In this document: positions 61,119 to 64,000 of the stretch, in pieces
How positions within the stretch are numbered: the stretch's first letter is position 1
How the letters are laid out: the number at the start of each line of letters is the position of its first letter
Origin: an uncultured Spirochaetota bacterium
GTDB lineage: Bacteria; Spirochaetota; Spirochaetia; SZUA-6; Fen-1364
Direction of reading: 5' to 3'
Assembly: GCA_963734545.1 (NCBI GenBank)
Contig: CAVTHO010000006.1
Location: 160,001 to 224,000 of the forward strand
Length of the DNA stretch: 64,000 bases
Program-made: the position numbers and the translations under genes
Notes under the pieces: model-generated
Database searches by the model: none
What the model was told of the DNA's origin: nothing
Seen by the model: only the letters and a program-made list of their open reading frames with translations

Positions 61119-61469
61119 ATGCGCTGGTTCGATTCGGTGGTCCTGGGGGCGATACGGGACCTGATGCGGGCGGCGCGCGAAAACTATGGCGTCGACCCCG
61201 TCGCGTTCCTCGTCATCTACCTCGTGTCGGCGCCGTTCTTCTATTTCTCGATTTTTCGCATGGTGCGCGCGCTCGCCAAGGGGCTCCGGAGGGAGATCAT
61301 GGTCTGGAGCACGGTCTTCCTTGCCGCCACCGCCGCGCCGTTCCTCTACGTGCTTTTCTTCGGCCGAAACCTGCCCTGGTGGGTTTACGTCGTGATTGCT
61401 CTTCTCATCGGACAGGGGGTCTATTCGCTCGTGCGAAGGCTGACGAAAAAGACGCCGGACAGTCCCTGA
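61119..61469 (+). CDS. Small hypothetical membrane protein
   Basis: 3 hydrophobic segments; abuts the MFS stop codon. Confidence 0.65.
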   Translation: MRWFDSVVLGAIRDLMRAARENYGVDPVAFLVIYLVSAPFFYFSIFRMVRALAKGLRREIMVWSTVFLAATAAPFLYVLFFGRNLPWWVYVVIALLIGQGVYSLVRRLTKKTPDSP

Positions 61470-61505
61470 CAGGCTGCCGAGGCCCTGCATCCCTTCAGCG
61501 CCCGC

Positions 61506-62312
61506 TTAGTCCTTCGCTGCCTCGATCTCCAGCCTCACCATACGGACGACAATGTCGCCCTGCGCGTCGCCGGGGTGCAGAAGGGCGTACCGGCCCGCTG
61601 CCTCGCGGATGAACTCTTCGCGCCTCTCCGCGGGGAGTCTCGAGGTATACGGCATCCACGTGGTGCGGATCCAGCCGGCGAGTCCCTCGGTCCCTCTCTG
61701 CACCATGTCTTTCGGCAGAAGCTCGGCGCGCCATAGACTGAGCCCCGCCTCGCGGCACCATGCGTCGTAGAGCTCCGGACCATAGAAGCTCCACGGGAAC
61801 TCAAAATCCCGGAAAAACTCGCGCCAGGGGGCGGACTCGATCATGGTGCGCGCAACGGCGAATATCTCTTCTCCGTTTCCTCTCCCCCCCAGCTGGAAGA
61901 GAAGACGGCCGCGCGGCTTCAAGCTGCGTGCCACGCTTTGCAGCACTGCCCGATGGTCCTTCACCCAGTGCAGGGTTGCGTTGGAGAAGGCGATATCGAA
62001 CTCGTCCTGGAACCCGAGCTCCCGCGCGTCACGGAGAAGAAAGGAAAGGTTGCCCTGCGCCGCGGGGGGAAACGCGGAGCGGGCCTTCCGTATCATGTCT
62101 TCCGAGCTGTCGATGCCGACTACCGCGCCCCGGGGGACCATGCGCGCCAGCTCCGCGCTCACCTTGCCGTCCCCGCACCCGATGTCCAGAATAGATTCGC
62201 GGCCCTCGATGTCGAGCTTTCTGAACAGTTCCCGGGCCCAGCCATGCTGCGCAGCGGAGCTCTTCGCGTACTCCTCCGCGTCCCAGCGGACCCGGTCCGC
62301 GCCTTCCCCCAT
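61506..62312 (-). CDS. Class I SAM-dependent methyltransferase (trans-aconitate methyltransferase-like)
   Basis: WDAEEY, ILDIGCGDG, GIDSS, FSNATLHWV. Confidence 0.9.
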   Translation of the reverse strand: MGEGADRVRWDAEEYAKSSAAQHGWARELFRKLDIEGRESILDIGCGDGKVSAELARMVPRGAVVGIDSSEDMIRKARSAFPPAAQGNLSFLLRDARELGFQDEFDIAFSNATLHWVKDHRAVLQSVARSLKPRGRLLFQLGGRGNGEEIFAVARTMIESAPWREFFRDFEFPWSFYGPELYDAWCREAGLSLWRAELLPKDMVQRGTEGLAGWIRTTWMPYTSRLPAERREEFIREAAGRYALLHPGDAQGDIVVRMVRLEIEAAKD

Positions 62313-62316
62313 GACC

Positions 62317-63603
62317 CTATGCACTCCGCATTGCAATCGCCCGGACGCCCTCAACGAGCTTTTCGATCTCGGAGTAGGTGTTGTAGTGCGCGGCGCCCAC
62401 GCGCACCATGCCGCCGATGCCCTCGAGGCCAAGGCGCGTGGTGACTTCGAGCGCATAGTAGTTCCCATCTGCCGCGTAGATCCCCGCCTTGTCCAGCTCC
62501 TCGCAGATCCGGCGCGGCTGCCAGCCGTCGAGGGTGAAGGAGTACGTCGGCGCGCGGCTGTCCATGCGCCGCGAATCGGTGATCCCGTGGATCCGCAGAC
62601 CCTTGATCGAGGAGAGCCCTTCCTTCATCGCCCTGCTGAGCCCTGCTTCGTACTCCCGGATGGCGTCCATCCCGGCCCGGAGGGCCGCCTTCCTGCCCGC
62701 GGACCCGGGCACGGTGCCGAAGCGCCTGCCCAGCCATTCCAGGTATTCCATTGCGCCGCCGACGCCGGCAATCGACTCGAAGCTCTGCGTGCCGGTCTCC
62801 CATTTGTCCGGCGGAGAGTTGCCGGCTGGTCTCACCTTGTACGCGGAAAGACGCTCCATGAGCGCGTGCCGTCCCCAGAGGACGCCGACGTGGGGGCCGA
62901 AGAATTTGTAGGCGGAGCAGGCAAGGAGATCACAGCCGATTGCCGCGGCATCGATCGGTCCGTGCGGGGCGTAATGCACCGCATCCACGAAGAACAGCGC
63001 GCCGGCATCGTGCGCGATTCGCGCTGCCGCGGCGACGGGATTGATGGTGCCAGTGGCGTTGGACGCCATTCCCACGGCAACGAGCTTCGTGCGCTTCGTG
63101 ACCTGGCGGCCGAGCTCTTCCGCGGACCACGTGCAGTCCGCGGGGTCGAAATCCACCCACCGCACCGTGCATCCCCGGTCCCGGGCCATCAGGACCCACG
63201 GCGAGACATTGGCATCGTGGTCCAGCCGGGTCACCACGATCTCGTCGCCCGGGGAGAGCTCGGAGGAGAGACAGCGCGAGATATGGAGGGTGAGGGACGT
63301 CATGTTCTGGCCGAAGGAGATCTCCTCGGGCCGCGCCGCGCCGAGGAAGTCCGCGAGGGCCGCGCGCGTCTCGTGTACCATCGCGTCGGATTCCCGGCTC
63401 GCCCGGTGCGCGCCGCCGTGATTGGCGTTTCGATGCACGAGGTAGTCCTGCATGCGGGACATCGCTTCTCCGGCGATCTGGGTCCCGGCAGGATTGTCGA
63501 AGAAGATCGGCGCGGCTCCGCCGTGATTGAGCGGGTCCAGCGCGGGAAAATGAGGACGTACGACAGCGGGATCGAGCATGTTGGATATCTCCCTGGCGTG
63601 CAT
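62317..63603 (-). CDS. Cysteine-desulfurase-like class V aminotransferase (VC1184 type); alternative start 63579
   Basis: FDNPAGTQ, LDHDANVSPW, ASNATG, VDAVHYAPH, CSAYKFFGPH, ETGT. Confidence 0.9.
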   Translation of the reverse strand: MHAREISNMLDPAVVRPHFPALDPLNHGGAAPIFFDNPAGTQIAGEAMSRMQDYLVHRNANHGGAHRASRESDAMVHETRAALADFLGAARPEEISFGQNMTSLTLHISRCLSSELSPGDEIVVTRLDHDANVSPWVLMARDRGCTVRWVDFDPADCTWSAEELGRQVTKRTKLVAVGMASNATGTINPVAAAARIAHDAGALFFVDAVHYAPHGPIDAAAIGCDLLACSAYKFFGPHVGVLWGRHALMERLSAYKVRPAGNSPPDKWETGTQSFESIAGVGGAMEYLEWLGRRFGTVPGSAGRKAALRAGMDAIREYEAGLSRAMKEGLSSIKGLRIHGITDSRRMDSRAPTYSFTLDGWQPRRICEELDKAGIYAADGNYYALEVTTRLGLEGIGGMVRVGAAHYNTYSEIEKLVEGVRAIAMRSA

Positions 63604-63717
63604 GATAGAAGAATAGCGCACGCGCGGAAAGCGGTCTCTGCGCGGGCACGCCGATCCGCGGAATACGCGCGTACGCGTTCCTTGCACTCCCGCACGCTTA
63701 CCGGCTATAGTCGCCGG

Positions 63718-64000
63718 ATGGAGAGCATGAAAAGATCCGTCACGTGCGGCGCACTGCGCGCATCCGACGAAGGCAGGACGATCACCCTCAACGGCTGGGT
63801 GCACCGGCACCGCGACCATGGCGGCATCAGGTTTTTCGACATCCGCGACCGTTACGGCCTTACCCAGGTGGTGGTGAATGCCGACGCGCCCGCCGAGCTG
63901 CGCGCGGCCAGCGAGGAGCTGAAGTTCGAGTACTGTGTCGCGGTGGAGGGCACGGTGCATGCGCGGCCTCCCGCCATGGCCAATCCGCACATGCCGACCG
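63718..64000 (+). CDS. aspS: Aspartate--tRNA ligase, 5' part truncated by the window edge (not in ORF track)
   Basis: MKRSVTCGALR…LNGWVHRHRDHGGIRFFDIRDRYGLTQVV…EYCVAVEGTV..RP..MANP. Confidence 0.93.
   Translation, partial: MESMKRSVTCGALRASDEGRTITLNGWVHRHRDHGGIRFFDIRDRYGLTQVVVNADAPAELRAASEELKFEYCVAVEGTVHARPPAMANPHMPT

Noticed and set aside
1-64000. Mobile-element boundaries (IS, integrase, prophage) around hgcAB or the sugar island
   Set aside because: No transposase, integrase, tRNA attachment site or evident compositional break was seen

Overview
GC-rich bacterial chromosomal window, probably from an anaerobic Spirochaetia-like MAG. That assignment is inferred from the 'FASG..E' solute-binding-protein signal peptide and gene content, not proven. 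Many genes in ~5.4-33.6 kb and ~45.4-55.6 kb are broken by single-base indels that look like long-read assembly errors, so several long ORFs in the track are chimeras. Main content: (1) a complete mercury-methylation operon, marR-hgcA-hgcB (171-2080, minus), with a consensus sigma70 promoter overlapped by three 16-bp-spaced inverted repeats; (2) a ~36-kb carbohydrate-catabolism island (2172-37932) with two divergent operons, two sugar ABC transporters, an L-sorbose-reductase-like SDR, and a tungsten aldehyde:ferredoxin oxidoreductase with its MoaD and radical-SAM maturase; (3) housekeeping/stress genes (LUD/HxlR pair, RluA, msrB, Ada/Ogt, Ytr-like ABC operon with a 39-aa peptide, System II cytochrome c biogenesis, MBL-cNMP-hemerythrin plus HD hydrolase, NrdH-like redoxin plus ferredoxin:disulfide reductase, MFS, cysteine-desulfurase-like gene, 5' end of aspS); (4) a dispersed, nested palindromic repeat family that occurs as a tandem array and as in-frame insertions inside proteins, with a compensatory base change supporting a twin-hairpin structure. 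No rRNA, tRNA, CRISPR array, transposase or integrase was seen.
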